Shown here: piece after piece, positions 39,267 through 52,925 of the stretch
Layout: each line of letters starts with the position of its first letter
Numbering within the stretch: the first letter of the stretch is position 1
Assembly (NCBI GenBank): GCA_047967505.1
Contig: CM106538.1
Source of the DNA: Dipteris shenzhenensis
Lineage: Eukaryota
Reading direction: 5' to 3' (one strand)
Length of the DNA: 64,000 nucleotides
Program-made: the position numbers and the translations under genes
Notes under the pieces: model-generated
Seen by the model: only the letters and a program-made list of their open reading frames with translations
Told to the model about the DNA's origin: nothing
Database searches by the model: none

Positions 39267-41800
39267 ATGGGAAAAAGGCCTACAACACCATCAACAATGC
39301 AACACCATGCCAAACAGCCGAAGCCTCAACCTCAACAGGCCTCCTCAAATCACCAACTTGAAGAAGGACACAATCCAAAATCACCAACCTAGAGGTCAGC
39401 ACCAAAACAACCATGTCTAGTGGTTCTGGAAAGTGATACTGATGAGAAAATAAATGCAACATGCCAAGAAGAAATGCCACAGAACCAAAGGATCCTAGAG
39501 GCTAGAGAAATTGAGGTAGAGCAATTGACTATGCAAGATGTAGGTGCAGAACACCTTGATGACTAGACCGACAAAGAGCTAGCAACAGATGGAACAATAC
39601 AGCTTGTATGGCAGCTTGTATGGCCACGAGTCTGAATGTAACATTCGCCATGTCATCCTTTGGTTACAACTTCTTGTAGTCAAAGGGACTAGGTAGTCTT
39701 TTTTAGAAGCTAAAATCCTTCTTACCAACACCTACTATGATAAAATACATTTGTCAATTCATAACATTATATAAAAGCAGAGAGTTGGAGAAAGATAAGC
39801 ATGGCACAGTAACATATAAAGAAAATCCCTTATAGATCTACCTTAGTAGATCCACTATGCAAGAGCTTTCTCATTTCTAGAGGCACAAGAAAAATATCCA
39901 AAGAAACATTTGGATGCAAGATTCTCTGAAATTCAGGATTTATTCCCACCTAACACAAAGTCACAAAGTGAGGGAATACGCCATGATATGATTCTGGATA
40001 CCATATGCAAAGAGGCAACTAAGTTTTTGGCTGATATTTTCAATCATATAGGAGTGAGAAAAAACTATCTGTCGGTAAAATCTCTTACACTTCTTGGTAT
40101 GCAAGTTCTCTGAAATTCAAGAATTATTCCCACCTAACACAAAGTCACAAAGTGGGGGAATACGACATGATATGATTCTGGATCCCATATGCAAAGAGGC
40201 AACTAAGTTTTTGGCTGATATTTTCAATCATATAGGAGTGATAAAAAACTATATGTCAGTAGAGCAAAACTACAAGACTAGGCTCAACACATATCCTTGC
40301 TACTAACAAATGATGTATCCACTACACATAATGGCAAAAGCTACATTGCCCATCTATTGGCCATAATAATTGGGTTTGCAAACAATAGAGCAAGAGGATG
40401 ACTCTACACCCCTCTCAACACAAGATATAGAGGACTTGAAACATTGATATTATTGCCAGAATGGGAATTTGACCCTCCACCTACTCTCAATGCGAATAAC
40501 ATGGATGGGCAACAATCCAAACAGATTCCAGAGAATGACAATGTGGAACTCTCCCAAAGAATACTGCAACTCAGTTCAGTCTTGCTCCCACAATAGAAGG
40601 ACTCGAGCATGGAAATCCAAGAGGATACCATGCCACATAATGACTTTGTAAGAGAGCCAAATAGCATGCCTCTCCAAGAATCACAAGTCACCAACGTTGA
40701 TGACTCCACGACTCTAGATTCACAACCACCAAATGTCTCTAATGGCACCATACAACAGACTGTTGTTCAAGAAATAGATCAAGATTCCACATGGGCACAT
40801 GGGAGTCAACTATATGTCCAATACAAGCAAGGCCATAGCACATTCAAGATCATACAAAATCACAGCCAATAGTTACAACAATGGTCTCAATTATTTGCTA
40901 CCATGGCGTCAGATGAGTAGGAAAGAGAAATGAAAAGACAGATGCTATGAAATTATTAAGCTCAAGGAAAGCATGGCAGAACAAATGCAGCAACATCTCC
41001 TTGCACAAAATGCTCTTGTAGAAAGTAGAAAGGATGCCCTACAAGCCACAGTTTCTCTCCAAGGAAAACACCTATAGCTATCGGATGCCTCGAACCAAAA
41101 TGAAAAGTTCGAGTCATCCCTCTTCCATATGCAAGCCACTTGTGATGATATCAAGAAGGAAATGGTGCACTTAAATGAAAGATTACTACTTAAAGAGGAT
41201 CAGCTCCATGCCACATTAGACACAAACAATGAGTTGCAGAATAGCCTCAAAGAAGATAAAAGTCAAATTCAAGCACTAGAGAAGGAATGCATGGCATCAA
41301 GAGAGATACTTGTGCACACCAAAGTAGAACTGGATGCTCAAGAGTAAGAGATACTCCAACTCTACATTCTTAATGATCAATTTCCATGGCATCCAAAGGC
41401 AAATCAACAATTCAATAGTTTAAGGCTTGCATACACCTCCACATTGGGTAAGTATAAAGACAAGTGCATGAAGTGGCAAAATCAAAAGGCAATAATTTCC
41501 AAGTTGGAAATTCAACTACAAGGTCAAAGCCGATGACGATGCAGAAGGGTCAACACAAGATCTTTTGCTACAAGACATCATTACATTATACCAAGAGCTT
41601 GTTGTAGTCCTCTAGCAAGAGGATCACCTTGAAGGAAGAATACACATACTCGAGAAACACTTGCAAATCAATATGTTACATGCAGTATCTAGTCTTGATT
41701 GGACCAAACTAGTAAGCACAAAGACTCTCCGAGATCTATGCCAGCATATGGATTAAGACGAGAAGAATGTGTTATGTCTCGTAGTGCATGCAAATCTCAT
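39267..41800 (+). pseudogene. Decayed additional ORF downstream of Gypsy pol (S/T-rich start, coiled-coil C-terminal part)
   Basis: A chain of same-strand ORF fragments (39910-40306, 40469-40872, 41129-41347) with heptad-like E/K/L/Q-rich sequence. It includes an internal ~184 bp tandem duplication. Confidence 0.45.
39913..40262. repeat. ~184 bp tandem duplication
   Basis: FSEIQ(D/E)LFPPNTKSQS.GIRHDMILD.ICKEATKFLADIFNHIGV is encoded twice. Confidence 0.9.
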
Positions 41801-42111
41801 ACGATTAAAGGCTGATGCAAACTACTATATGCATGCTTGATGGGAAGCCCCCCTCTTTGGGTAGTAGTAGCCGGACTCCTACCCCTATTGCAATAATCAC
41901 CAGCAACTTTCATGGGATATAACTCCCAGAAAAATCCAACATTAAAGCTGTCAATGCCTACCAAAAGCAACAAGGATCTGCTAGAGGAGCATGTGGTCTA
42001 CCTTCAATCTAATCTCCCCTATCTTGTCACCCTCTATTCTGATCTAGTCACATCCCTCCCTAAGTCCAGTACTGTCCTCCATACCTTTCTAGAAATCCAT
42101 GCTAACCCATA

Positions 42112-45100
42112 TGTTGAGAGTTCATGCTCAACATCATGTGATCATGTGTGCATAGCACCATCACGTGATCATATGTGCATAGCACTAACCTTATAGAGTG
42201 CTATAAAGGAAAGGGTTAGATCCCCTAACCCTAAACCTAAAAGGGTTTGTATATATTCTATTCTTTCAACTAAATCTAGTGTACAGTTAATCATTTGTGG
42301 TGTGTTCTCTAGCTGTGGCCTCTCTCCACATCTCCACCCTTCTCCTCTCCCCTCTTCATATTTTGTCATGGTATCACAGCTCCCTTGCCTTCCGCTAAGG
42401 TATTGCGATCCGTATGCAAGAGTGAGATAGAGATAGATCAAGAGATTGAGAGATTGAGTGCTTCCATTCTTTCATTCCGTTGATGAAAGAGAATTTCCGT
42501 TGACTTGTTAGAAATTTTTGTCAAACAATTCCGTTCATGTGAGAGAGAGGAAGAGAGATCTGTTCTTCTTATCCGAGAGAGAGAGAGAGATTTCTGTTAT
42601 AGATATTCGTCCATTTGATATCATTGTGAGAGAAAGTGTCTCTGAGAGCTTTGTTATTTGTTTTTAGAGATTTTGAGAGAGCAATTGTGTACCTATGAGC
42701 TACAACAATCTAGCCAAGGCTTTGCTCTAGCTCTACTACCCTCTACGAGCCTCTCATTGAGCCTCTACAAAGTTGGCTTGCTACTTGCTCTCTTGACTCA
42801 ACACATCTGAGAAAAAGCTTCAACAGCAAGGGCAAGCAAGCAATAAGAAAGAGCCCACGTAGTTCTAAGGCAAGGCAAGCCTCCTACCAATCATTTAATG
42901 ACCTCTCACTCTTCTAGGCTCTCAACTCATAGAACAACAGTGGCGGCGGCTCTAAGATCTCTAAGCCTGACTAGACCTCACAGGCCTCAATGAGCTGCAT
43001 AAGGCAACTAGCTACGTCTAGCAAGGCGGCCCATCAACCTACAGCCCAAGCTCTTTACATAGCCAATGCTTCAATGGCTACAATCAAGAGGTATCCAATG
43101 GGTGGGAGCACCCTATGCCATCTCCAAGTCTAAAGCAAAGAAAACTTCAAGGTGAGCACCTCCCAAGCTCAACTTTCAACGACTCCTTCAACAACTTGGA
43201 GCAGTCAAAGGCTTCATGCATATGGCTTCATGCACTTTGTTGCAATCCCAGGTGCTGTAATCCACAATGACCTTCAATGCAACTCCTAAGGCAAAGCTCC
43301 TTCAACTCACATGGCGGCTACCCAACGACCACCTCTCTAACATCCACGAGCTAGTACAATACGACCTTCATATGAGTGGACTTCTACCTCTCCAAGGCTC
43401 CAAGCCTCTCAAGCCAGCCATCGCCAACCACTATCTTTGCAAGCCTATAGCCATGATTGATGCACGACCACTGCAAAACGCATCACCCAGCCACTTCTAA
43501 GGCTCCAAGCTACAAAGACTCAGCACTCAACGCTTCTTCTTCCATTCCAAACAAAAGACTACAACAGGGGCTCCCTTTCCAGCACAACGCCATCCGCCAA
43601 AGCCCATGCAGCTACTCCACCAATGTGCTCAGCCTCTCTCCAAGCCAGCAGCTCATGTGCCAAGCATCTCCAAGTCCTCCGCCAATGACAACCTCTACAT
43701 GACAGAATTCTCAGAGACGAAGCGACGGAATCTCCGAAAGATTTCGATTCTCCTTAGAGCGACACATGGCAAGAACCTTATTGCTAGGTGACCTCACACC
43801 CTTGGGCTTGGTCATGAAGATGCCACATCATCATCTTATCTGGTTAAGTTAATTCGGGTACCGTAACCCTGGTTAGAGAGTGGATAAGGTTGGTTAACTT
43901 AACCACAGGTCAAGTTTACCATGGGTCAATAAACCATGGTTAAGCTACCTTAACTCAATCCTTATCTGCCACCTCAGCTGCCCAGTCAGCACTGACCTTT
44001 GTAGGCACACATAGTGCTTCACAGTGACTTCATGTGACCACTCCTGCCACCTCAGCATAGAGCTTCACTGGCATACCTCTTGCTAGGCACAGTGCCACAT
44101 CATCACTACATGTGACTCATAGTGACACATCATCATTGAGCACATTTGCACTCCTTTTGCCCCTCCACCTAGATCAAGTCGTATCTCTTGATCTAGGAAG
44201 AATTTGAGGGTGCTCCAAAAAGGAAAGTCGCTCATTTTTTTGTGCTCTATGTTCGTCACATCACGTGTACATTTTGGTGCAAGTTACACTCACATTTGAG
44301 CCTCGTCGACAAAACCACTTCCTTCATGCACATTTGCCTCTACATCGATGCATCTGACCCAGCACTTAAAAAGAACAAAAGAAAAGGAATTATTTGCTGT
44401 TCTTTCATCGATCGATGGTTGGTTTAGATCTAGATCAGAGTAGACTAGATCGCCATGGAGGGGACGCTTTGAATTTCCCCAAGTTGCCAATCTAAGCCAT
44501 GCCCAAAATTCCCGACTAGTACCTACTCAGAGTCGGTCCATACGCTCACATATGGTTTCACATCATTACATTACCTGAAACCTTACGGTCATTAGCTCTG
44601 TGAGCATACTTCAGAGTTCAAAGGCATTGTAGATTGATTCAGTGGGCAGATAGCATTTGATTTCACACACACATGCCACCATTGTAAAGCCTATTCGGCT
44701 ATCTCACGGCATCGTGCACATCATTTCAGCCTTGTAAAGCCTCTTGGCTATTCTCGGCATCATTGCCACAGCCTTGTAATACAGATCAGATTTTATATAT
44801 TGCAATTCTATCTTCACCGATAGTACAAAGATTTCACTTGGCATAGTCAGTGTATTTGTAGTTGATTCATATACAGAGATCTTCATAACACTTTTGAGTA
44901 CATTTCTTGCACTATGTCGACTAGCAACCTCAATCTGGAGGCATCTGCTAAGTTAGACAACTCCAATTATGATACATGGAAATACTGAATGGAGACCATT
45001 CTTGTGCTTCAGAACAAATGGGAGTATGTCAATGGGTCTACACCTAGACCATTGGACAATACAGCCACCAGTAGCTCTACTCCATCTATTGTCACATCAC

Positions 45101-48080
45101 CAACAATGGAATCTACATCTACACAAACAGTTTCCACACCAGTAGCAGATCCTGCCATTGCCTGAGCTCAAGTAGAATGGGATAAGAAAGACAAGTATGC
45201 CTATCACCTGATCAAGTAGAATGTGCAAGATGTCATGCTAGGACAACTCAACACAGTCAAGACATCAAAAGAAGCATGGGATATGTTCGCCGCACTCTAC
45301 GAGTTTAAAAACACATCTAGGATTCTCACCCTAAGAAACCAGATTAACCAGAGTTTTCGCAACAACAGTGAAACTGGTCATGCTTATGTACTCCGCATAA
45401 AAGACTACAACAATCAACTTGCAGTAGCGGGAAAGACTATGAACCCCACAAAAATGGTTCAAGTCATTCTGAACGGACTAGGAGAGGGATACGAGGATCT
45501 AGTCTAGAGTATTGCTATCCAACGGCAAATTCCGACACTGGAAGAACTTCAGTCAGTCCTACTTGGTAAAGAACTCAGGACTCAGGCCATTCAAGCACGT
45601 AAAGGTCATTCTAATGATTAGGCATTCACAGCTTCAGATAGAAGCAGAGGTAGATCATATGAAAAAAGTGGTCATCATCAACAAAATCAAAGTCAAAATC
45701 AAAATTAGCATCAGCATCATGCTCAGCAACATCAGAATCAGCAAAGAGGAAATCATTCCAATCGAGAAAGATTTCAAGGACGAGGGAATGCATCCACCAA
45801 TGTGTCAAATATTCAGTGCAACTACTGTCACAAGTTTGGACACTATGAAAGAGATTGCCACAAGAAGCAGTACGACCAAGGCAGTCAATCCAGCAGTAAT
45901 CGAGGGAATTCCTGAGGAAGAGGAAATCATCGTGGTGGACATTCTAGTCACAGTCATTTTGCAAATGAACATGGAAATATGTTTCTTGCGATACAATGCA
46001 CCTATCAAGTCGACAAGTGGAACAGGATCCTTGGTACATCAACAGCGGTGCATCATCTCATATGACAAATCATTAGGAATGGTTCACATAGATGAAACCA
46101 TTAGAAGGTCAAAAGAATGTCATCTACACAGCAGACAATACACCGAATCCAGTTCAACGGACAGGTGTTATCCCTATGAACAATTTCATTCATACAAAAG
46201 GATTAGTCAAATATGTGCTCTATGTTCTGAAGCTCAGCAAGAACCTTTTGTCAGTAGGTCAAATGACGGAACACAATTACAAAGTCATCTTCGACGGTGA
46301 TGAATGCACTATCAGAGACAAATCTAAAAGATGTCAGCTAGTAGCAAAAGGTGTCAAGGAAGGATGCTTATACAGTAAGCATGCCATGTCAGCTCAAATG
46401 CAACAGATGCCACTATCTGCAAAATGGCACAAGAGATATGGTCATGTCAACTTCAAGTACTTATTAGATCTCAGGAATCAGAATATGGCAATTGGGATTC
46501 CAAAGCTACAGTTTCTTGGAAAGATTTGTGAAGCATGCTGCTTCGCGGCAAACAAAAGCGAACCAACTTTGTCAGAAGTACCTCTCGTGCATGAGGTATT
46601 CTTGATTTGATACATACAGATGTATGGGGTTATGCCCAGACCTGCAGCATCAATGGTTCACTTTACTACTTGACCTTCATTGACGACTACAGCAGATATG
46701 GTTGCGTCTACTTTCTGAAAGAGAAATCTAAAGTGTTTTCCAGATTTCTAGAATTCAAAGCCCTGGTAGAAAACCAGATAGGTAGAAAGATCAAGGTCAT
46801 GAGATCAGATAGAGGAGATGAATACATATCTTCAGCATTCATGAACTTTTGCAAAAATGATGGCATTCGAAGACAATTCACATGTGCAGATACTCCTCAG
46901 CAGAATGCAATAGCTGAAAGGAAGAATGGGACTTTAGCAGACAGTGCTAGAGCAATGCTTAGTGAAAAGCATCTTCTGAATCAATATTGGGCAGAAGCAA
47001 TAGCTATAGCTAATTACTTGCTTAATCGGCTTCCTACTAAACCGATACAGGGTATGACTCCCTATGAAGCATTCACTAGACACAAGCCATGCATAGGGCA
47101 TCTCCGCATATTTGGTTGCATAGCATATGCCCACATACATGATGATCATCACAGGAAATTAGATGTGAAGTCATGCAAATGCATCATGGTTGGCTACAGT
47201 GAAGAAAGCATACAAATTGTAGGATCTTATCAACCGCAAAGTCATTATCTCTAGAGATGTAATCTTTGATGAGGAATCAGAATGGAAAACCTCGCCAGGA
47301 GATAGAAGCATCGACTTCACAGTCATTTATAGAACAGGTTGATGAAGAAGAGTAAGAATTGCCAGCAACAACTCAAGCAGAGCCACAGCAGCTTAGACGG
47401 TCTACTAGGGAAAGCAGACCACCAGCCAGATTGGCATATGCTCAGAAAGGCAAAACAATTCAGGTGGAAACCATCAACTATGCTCTTATGACTACCATCA
47501 TGGCTACAGAAGAGCCAATGTACTTCGAAGATGCAGTAGACAAGCCAGAATGGCAAACTGCTATGAATGAAGAAATGGATGCTTTGTATAAGAAAATACT
47601 TTGGGAATTATGTGACTTTCCACCAGGAAAGAAGGCCATAGCAAACAAATGGGTATACAAAGTGAAGTACAATCTAGATGGCAGTATTCAGAGATACAAA
47701 GCTAGATTAGTTGCAAAAGGATTTGCACAACAATATGGTCAAGACTATGATGAGACTTATGCTCCAGTAGCAAAGATGGATTCCATACAGTTCTTGATAT
47801 CACTAACAACACTCAATAAATGAAATGTGTATCAGCTCAATGTCAAGAATGCATTTCTCAATGGTTATCTAGATGAGGAAGTCTACATGCAACAACCAAC
47901 AGGTTATGTTGAACTAGGAAAGGAGAATAAGGTTTGCCATCTCAAGAAGAGTCTCTATGGCTTAAAGCAATCACCTAGAAGTTGGTATAGCAGAATTGAC
48001 AAGTATTTTGCTAATTTGGGATACCTGAAGTCCAATGCAGATCATACTCTAGATTATAAGGAAAAGATCGACAACAAGCT
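42112..48080 (+). mobile_element. 3'-truncated Copia retrotransposon: 5' LTR, PBS, ~2.5 kb leader, decayed gag-PR-INT-RT
   Basis: PBS tggtatcacagc at 42369-42380 after ...CA, with a putative LTR from TGTTG at 42112. gag starts at ~44914 (KLDNSNYDTWK). Further motifs are CNYCHKFGHYERDC, LSKNLLSVGQ, WHKRYGH, IHTDVWG..FIDDYSR, RSDRGDEY, TPQQNAIAERKN and the RT motifs KWVYKVK..YKARLVAKGF and LKKSLYGLKQSPR. The sequence breaks off near 48080. Confidence 0.93.
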
Positions 48081-48451
48081 CGCTCCGTCTATCACCGTCG
48101 TCATCTTTACCATACTCATTGGGTAAAGACAACCACAACACAACATTGTCTATAGAATCAACCATAACCCAAGGACGGGTAATCAAACCAGTCCAAGGGA
48201 GTTGTTAACCATGTGGCAACAAGGGCTAGAAGTGCAATCTAGGACAACAATTATGAGAGCATTGTGTATGTAGAGTAGCAAGGGCAAAGCTCTGCTTGTA
48301 ATATCTTGAGCCTGAAAAATGGTATGATGAATCTAAAAGGATGAGGATAGCCAAAATCCTCTCTAGAAAAGATCCAATCATACTTGCAAAATCAGGATCT
48401 AAAGAGAGAAATACTAAATCTAGAGAGAGAAAGACTAAAAGCCTACACTTT

Positions 48452-48610
48452 TGGAGGTCCCTCCACTTTGTGTAGAGACCCAAAAGGTCCCCCCACTTTG
48501 TGTAGAGACCCAAAAGGTCCACCCTAAAAGTGGAGGGACTCCTGTCCAAAAGGTCTCTTACAAAAGAGGTCCCACCACGGAGGTACCTATGGATTGTGTA
48601 GAGACCAACA
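48452..48610. repeat. ~30 bp tandem/near-tandem repeat
   Basis: aggtccc(t/c)ccactttgtgtagagacccaaa occurs twice, plus partial copies. Confidence 0.75.
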
Positions 48611-48765
48611 TGTATAAATATCTCTCAATGGAATGAATCTCCCACTCTTTAGGGTTCAATGTTCAAGCTCACTATTGTGTTCATGCGATTAATCTCCATT
48701 GCATCCATGCTCTCTTACACTATCATGTTCTAGCATGCCCTTACCCTTGAACTCTCTACCCTTGT

Positions 48766-49060
48766 ACTCCCTCCTCCTCCTCCTTCCTCCTCCTTCCTCC
48801 CTCCTTGTCCTCCTCCTCCTCCTCCTCCTTGCTCATCCTTCTCTTCCCATCTCCTCCTCCTCCCTCCTCCTTCTCGCTCCTCCTCCTCCTCCTTCCTCCT
48901 CCTCCTCCTCCCATCTCCTTCTCCTTCCTCCTCCTCCTTCCTCCTCCTCCTCCCTCCTCCTCATCCTCCTCCTCCTTCCACCCTCCTCCTCCTCCTCCCT
49001 CCTCCGGCCTCCTCCTCTACTCACCTCTCTCTTCCTCCTCCTTCCTCGTCCCTCCTCCTC
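48766..49060. repeat. (CCT)n-rich low-complexity tract
   Basis: Degenerate CCT trinucleotide repeat. Confidence 0.9.
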
Positions 49061-50399
49061 AACCCTTCCCCTTGAATCTGCAAAGGAGACTAGCTCTCTA
49101 CTCCTCAACCTTGGGCTCCTCCTAAACCCTACAACCCTCTCTAAACCCTAGAACTCCTAGCTAGCTCTCTCACCCCTGTCCCCCTTTCGAACCCTAAAAT
49201 CCCCTTCTAAACCCTTGAACTCCCGTGGAGGCAAGAGCCTCCATCAATCATTATGATCGAGCCCTCTTTCTCGCCCACTCATGCATGAGATCTGCTTTCC
49301 ATGCTTTAGCCTACACCTCTCATCGAAACACGACCGAGGACCTATGCTACACTTGTGAACACCTATGCTATAACAAGAAATGACATGACTATAGGTGACC
49401 AACACCCTCAGAACCTACACTTAGGAGAAATAGAGACAACAATAGGGCATCAAGACAATTCTACTACCACTGAGTAATTAGGTTGCCCTTGTGCAATGGG
49501 GATATCAAAGAGATCTAGCCTCTTCCAAGATCCCATGAGGTCTTTTCTTTTTTACAAAATTCTCTACCTTTGGGGAGGTTGGATGTATCCAACCTCTTCC
49601 AGACCCATGACGATCTTTCCTTTTTTACAGTAGTCTTTTATGTTGTTACCTTTGGGCTGGTAGGTGGCTCAAAAAAGTTAGCTTATATGTTGGGACAACT
49701 TGACTTCTAGCTGATAGATCCTTCTCTTTCTCTTCTTCTCTTTCTAAAGTCAAGGACTTTCATATCTAGATCCTCACAGTCATACTCTCATAAGAAACTC
49801 ACTTGTGGGATATTAGGGCATTCATAGAAGAAGTGACATCTCTTTTAACATGCATGATAGACTAAATAATCTCATTTACATGGGGGTCAACTCAATTGAT
49901 TCTTCATCCCCACCATCTCTAGCCAATGCTCCTAAAGATCCTTGGCTATATATATAGGAGGTGAGCCCAAAATGTGAAGCTGAGGAAGAAACTGAGGGAG
50001 GGGGATGAAATCATACCACTAGATCTACTTCCACCTTATCAAACTTCAGGGCAATGGATTATGCTTATTCCATTGTGGTTAGACTTTCATTTGAGCTACA
50101 TCATAAGCCATCACTATCACCAAACACCATGTCGATCAACACATACTACATCATCTAGTGGAGAATACCTCATTGCTAGGTTGCACGGCTATTAGGCTAT
50201 CAAGAAGTATGGTTTCCCAATCCACATATCAGCATGCCATCTATCGTTTTCCAATCCACATATTAGCATGCCATCTCCCCTTCTTCTTGCCTCATCTTAT
50301 CTACCTCCCAATGCACATTGTGATGAGGTCTTCACCTTCCTAAAATGCTCATTAAATATTGCAGCTAACAAAGGCCAACTTTTCTTATAAGGTTAGGCT

Positions 50400-52925
50400 A
50401 CTTTTCATACAACAAATTTTCAAGTCTCAAGAGAAGAACTGATACACCGTGCCACTGCGTCGCCTTCACCATGGTAGCAGAGAAGCTTCAAAGCTTTTTT
50501 TTCTCTCTTCCCTAAGGTATAACCTTAGGGCACATGGCAGCCAAAGGCAAAGACACATGGCAGGTAAGCCACTTAGGTCAATATTGACCTTAGGTTAGCT
50601 CCCTGGTTAGATCAAAATATGACAATGGTTAAACTTGTTACCTTGGGTTAACTAAGCTGGGTTAAAAGGTCACCACAGTGCCACTTAAGCACAGAGGCCC
50701 TTGCTAAGCACAGTATGGAATTCTGCATGTGAATCCCTATGCCACATTAGCAAAGGCCTTCTCTTCTTCACAGAAACTTCGACAAGGCGTAACTTGCAAT
50801 CTAGGAGGAATTTGCACATGCTCTAAAGTAAAACAATAACCAATTTTTTGAGCTCTACGTGCCTATCAACTTCGATTTTCTGTATGCAATTAGACACTGC
50901 TAGATTTGAAAGTATCTTCAACTGGTAAGACTTTGCAATGGCAATACGCACCCCAACTATTGAGAAGTTCATCGGGGAAGGATTTCACACCTGGCCTACA
51001 CAAATGAGGTATCTCCTGATGCATCAAAAGCTTTGGAAAACTGTAAAAGAAGACATACCCACTGCACAAAATGATGCCTGGAAGGAAAAAGATGGCGCAG
51101 CACTACCACTCATTGGTTTGCACTTGGGTCCAAACATAATTCATCATATAAACTCCAAATCACAAGGGTGGTAAGATCCACTTTAATCACAGCATACACA
51201 CTAAATAATCAAATCATCAATCACCACAGTAAATAATCAAATCATCAATCACCACAGATTAAATCAGAGGGAGCTAGAGTGCTCCTACTCAGAAACAAAG
51301 ACACCGATTGGCCCCAAACACTGGCGCCCCTTGGGGTACAAAGCCAATTCCTGCTCAACTTTATATGGCAAATATTCATCCAATCACTAGGCAATCGCAC
51401 AGTCTTTCTTCCACAAGCATGCAATGAAACCCAAAGACATTAACTATCCATATGCTTGCTGCACCTGCATAACAAAGTGCCCAACCAACCAAGCACAGCT
51501 AAACGAAAAGCCAAAGACAGCCAAAACTCTGACACACCCAGCTAGGAAAACCCTTACAAAATAGTTATCCCCTATCTATAGTCACCCCGGCCACTGCCCA
51601 ACAGCACAAATCAGCCTTTCTCTATCTGGAAACAATACCAAATGCAATAACCAGGCAACAACCAGTTCGGAAACGGTAAAAGCAGGCAAAAATTAGCCTT
51701 CCTCTACCCAAAATCCACAAGAATCAGGTCATTTGAATTGGAACCCTGAATTCAGCAAAGAATAGATGATTCAGTCTTGGCACAGCCCAAAGGCAGCTCC
51801 AAAACAGATCACCCCACCTGACAAAGGCCCTAACTCAGTAGCAGCTGACACAATCAGCAAAAAAACATGTCGCCCCTCTTCCTACAACCTGTCTACAATC
51901 CAGGAAGCAGCAAGATGGGTCACCTCTTGGGATGAGTTGAACACAGTGTTTGGTGCAACAGCCAAAAACCAAGAATTCATCTTAAGATTGAATTCTATGG
52001 TTTGCACATGGGCTTTAATGAATCCATGGCACAATTTGTCAACAAAATCAAAAGCATTATGACCCAACTAGAAGGCATAAATGCAAAAGTAGGGCAAAAA
52101 GATGCACTTGCAATTCTCCTTAAAAGCATGCTTGCAGAGTACAGCTCACTGACAACCACTTTGAAGAATTTGCAAGATCCAAAGTTTGAAGAATGTGTAT
52201 CCTCTCTTCTTGAAAAAGAAAGAGAGTTGAAGGCATCGACATCAACACACAACAGCTGTAATGATGAACAAGCATTATTCAGTAAAACATCAATGAAGTG
52301 TTACCATTGCGGAAGGATGGATCACTATCAAAGTGACTGCAGATTGAAGAACAAACCAAAGTGTCACCATTGCAAGAAGCTAGGGAACAAGGAAGAAGAT
52401 TGCAGATTGAAGACAACAAGTCAACTATGTGGAGTCATCATCAAGCCATGAGAAGGATGACAAGAACATGTATTGAGAAGCAAAAGCCTTTCCACCTTTA
52501 GCCCATATTCTTGTAATCAAACCTGACCACCTAAGAGTAGCCATGTAAGCACCTAGGGGAGGATTTGATCTTGTAACTCACATCTGACCACCTTGTAGTA
52601 GCCAAAGGATCATGGCACCAAGGGGAGGTATTGAGAGTTGTGGTGCCATGAGCACATGTAGAGCAAAGGTATGAGTAAAGGGCAAGCTGCCACATGGCAT
52701 GGAGGAGATATCCCACATGTGAGCATGCATATGGATGTAAGTATCCACTCCTATAAAAGGGAGTTTTGTTTGAAGTAATATCGATCAAGCACTTTGCACT
52801 ATCTCAAGATTCTCTTTATAAGTCCAAGCTAATCTATCTTGGAACCTAATTGACTTGAGTTATAGATCATGATCACCCTTAGGATTCATCCGTCTTAGAT
52901 TAGTGTTGTCATTGTTGCAATATCA
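50400..52925 (+). mobile_element. Second gag-only Copia-type element, 5' LTR not seen, gag split by a ~750 bp insert
   Basis: gag N-terminus IEKFIGEGFHTW..LWKTV at 50938-51160 resumes at ~51920 (SWDELNTVFG..LLKSMLAEYSSLTTTLKNL, two CCHC-type knuckles). PPT aggggagga at ~52555, then a putative LTR at 52566-52925 (tgatcttgtaa...ttgcaatatca, TATA at ~52752). The left boundary is approximate. Confidence 0.75.

Noticed and set aside
42221-42245. Telomere-like ccctaaccctaaacctaaa
   Set aside because: Only 2-3 imperfect units inside a putative LTR; not an interstitial telomere array.
48699-49151. Ser/Pro/Leu-rich ORFs
   Set aside because: (CCT)n low-complexity sequence with no domain signal.
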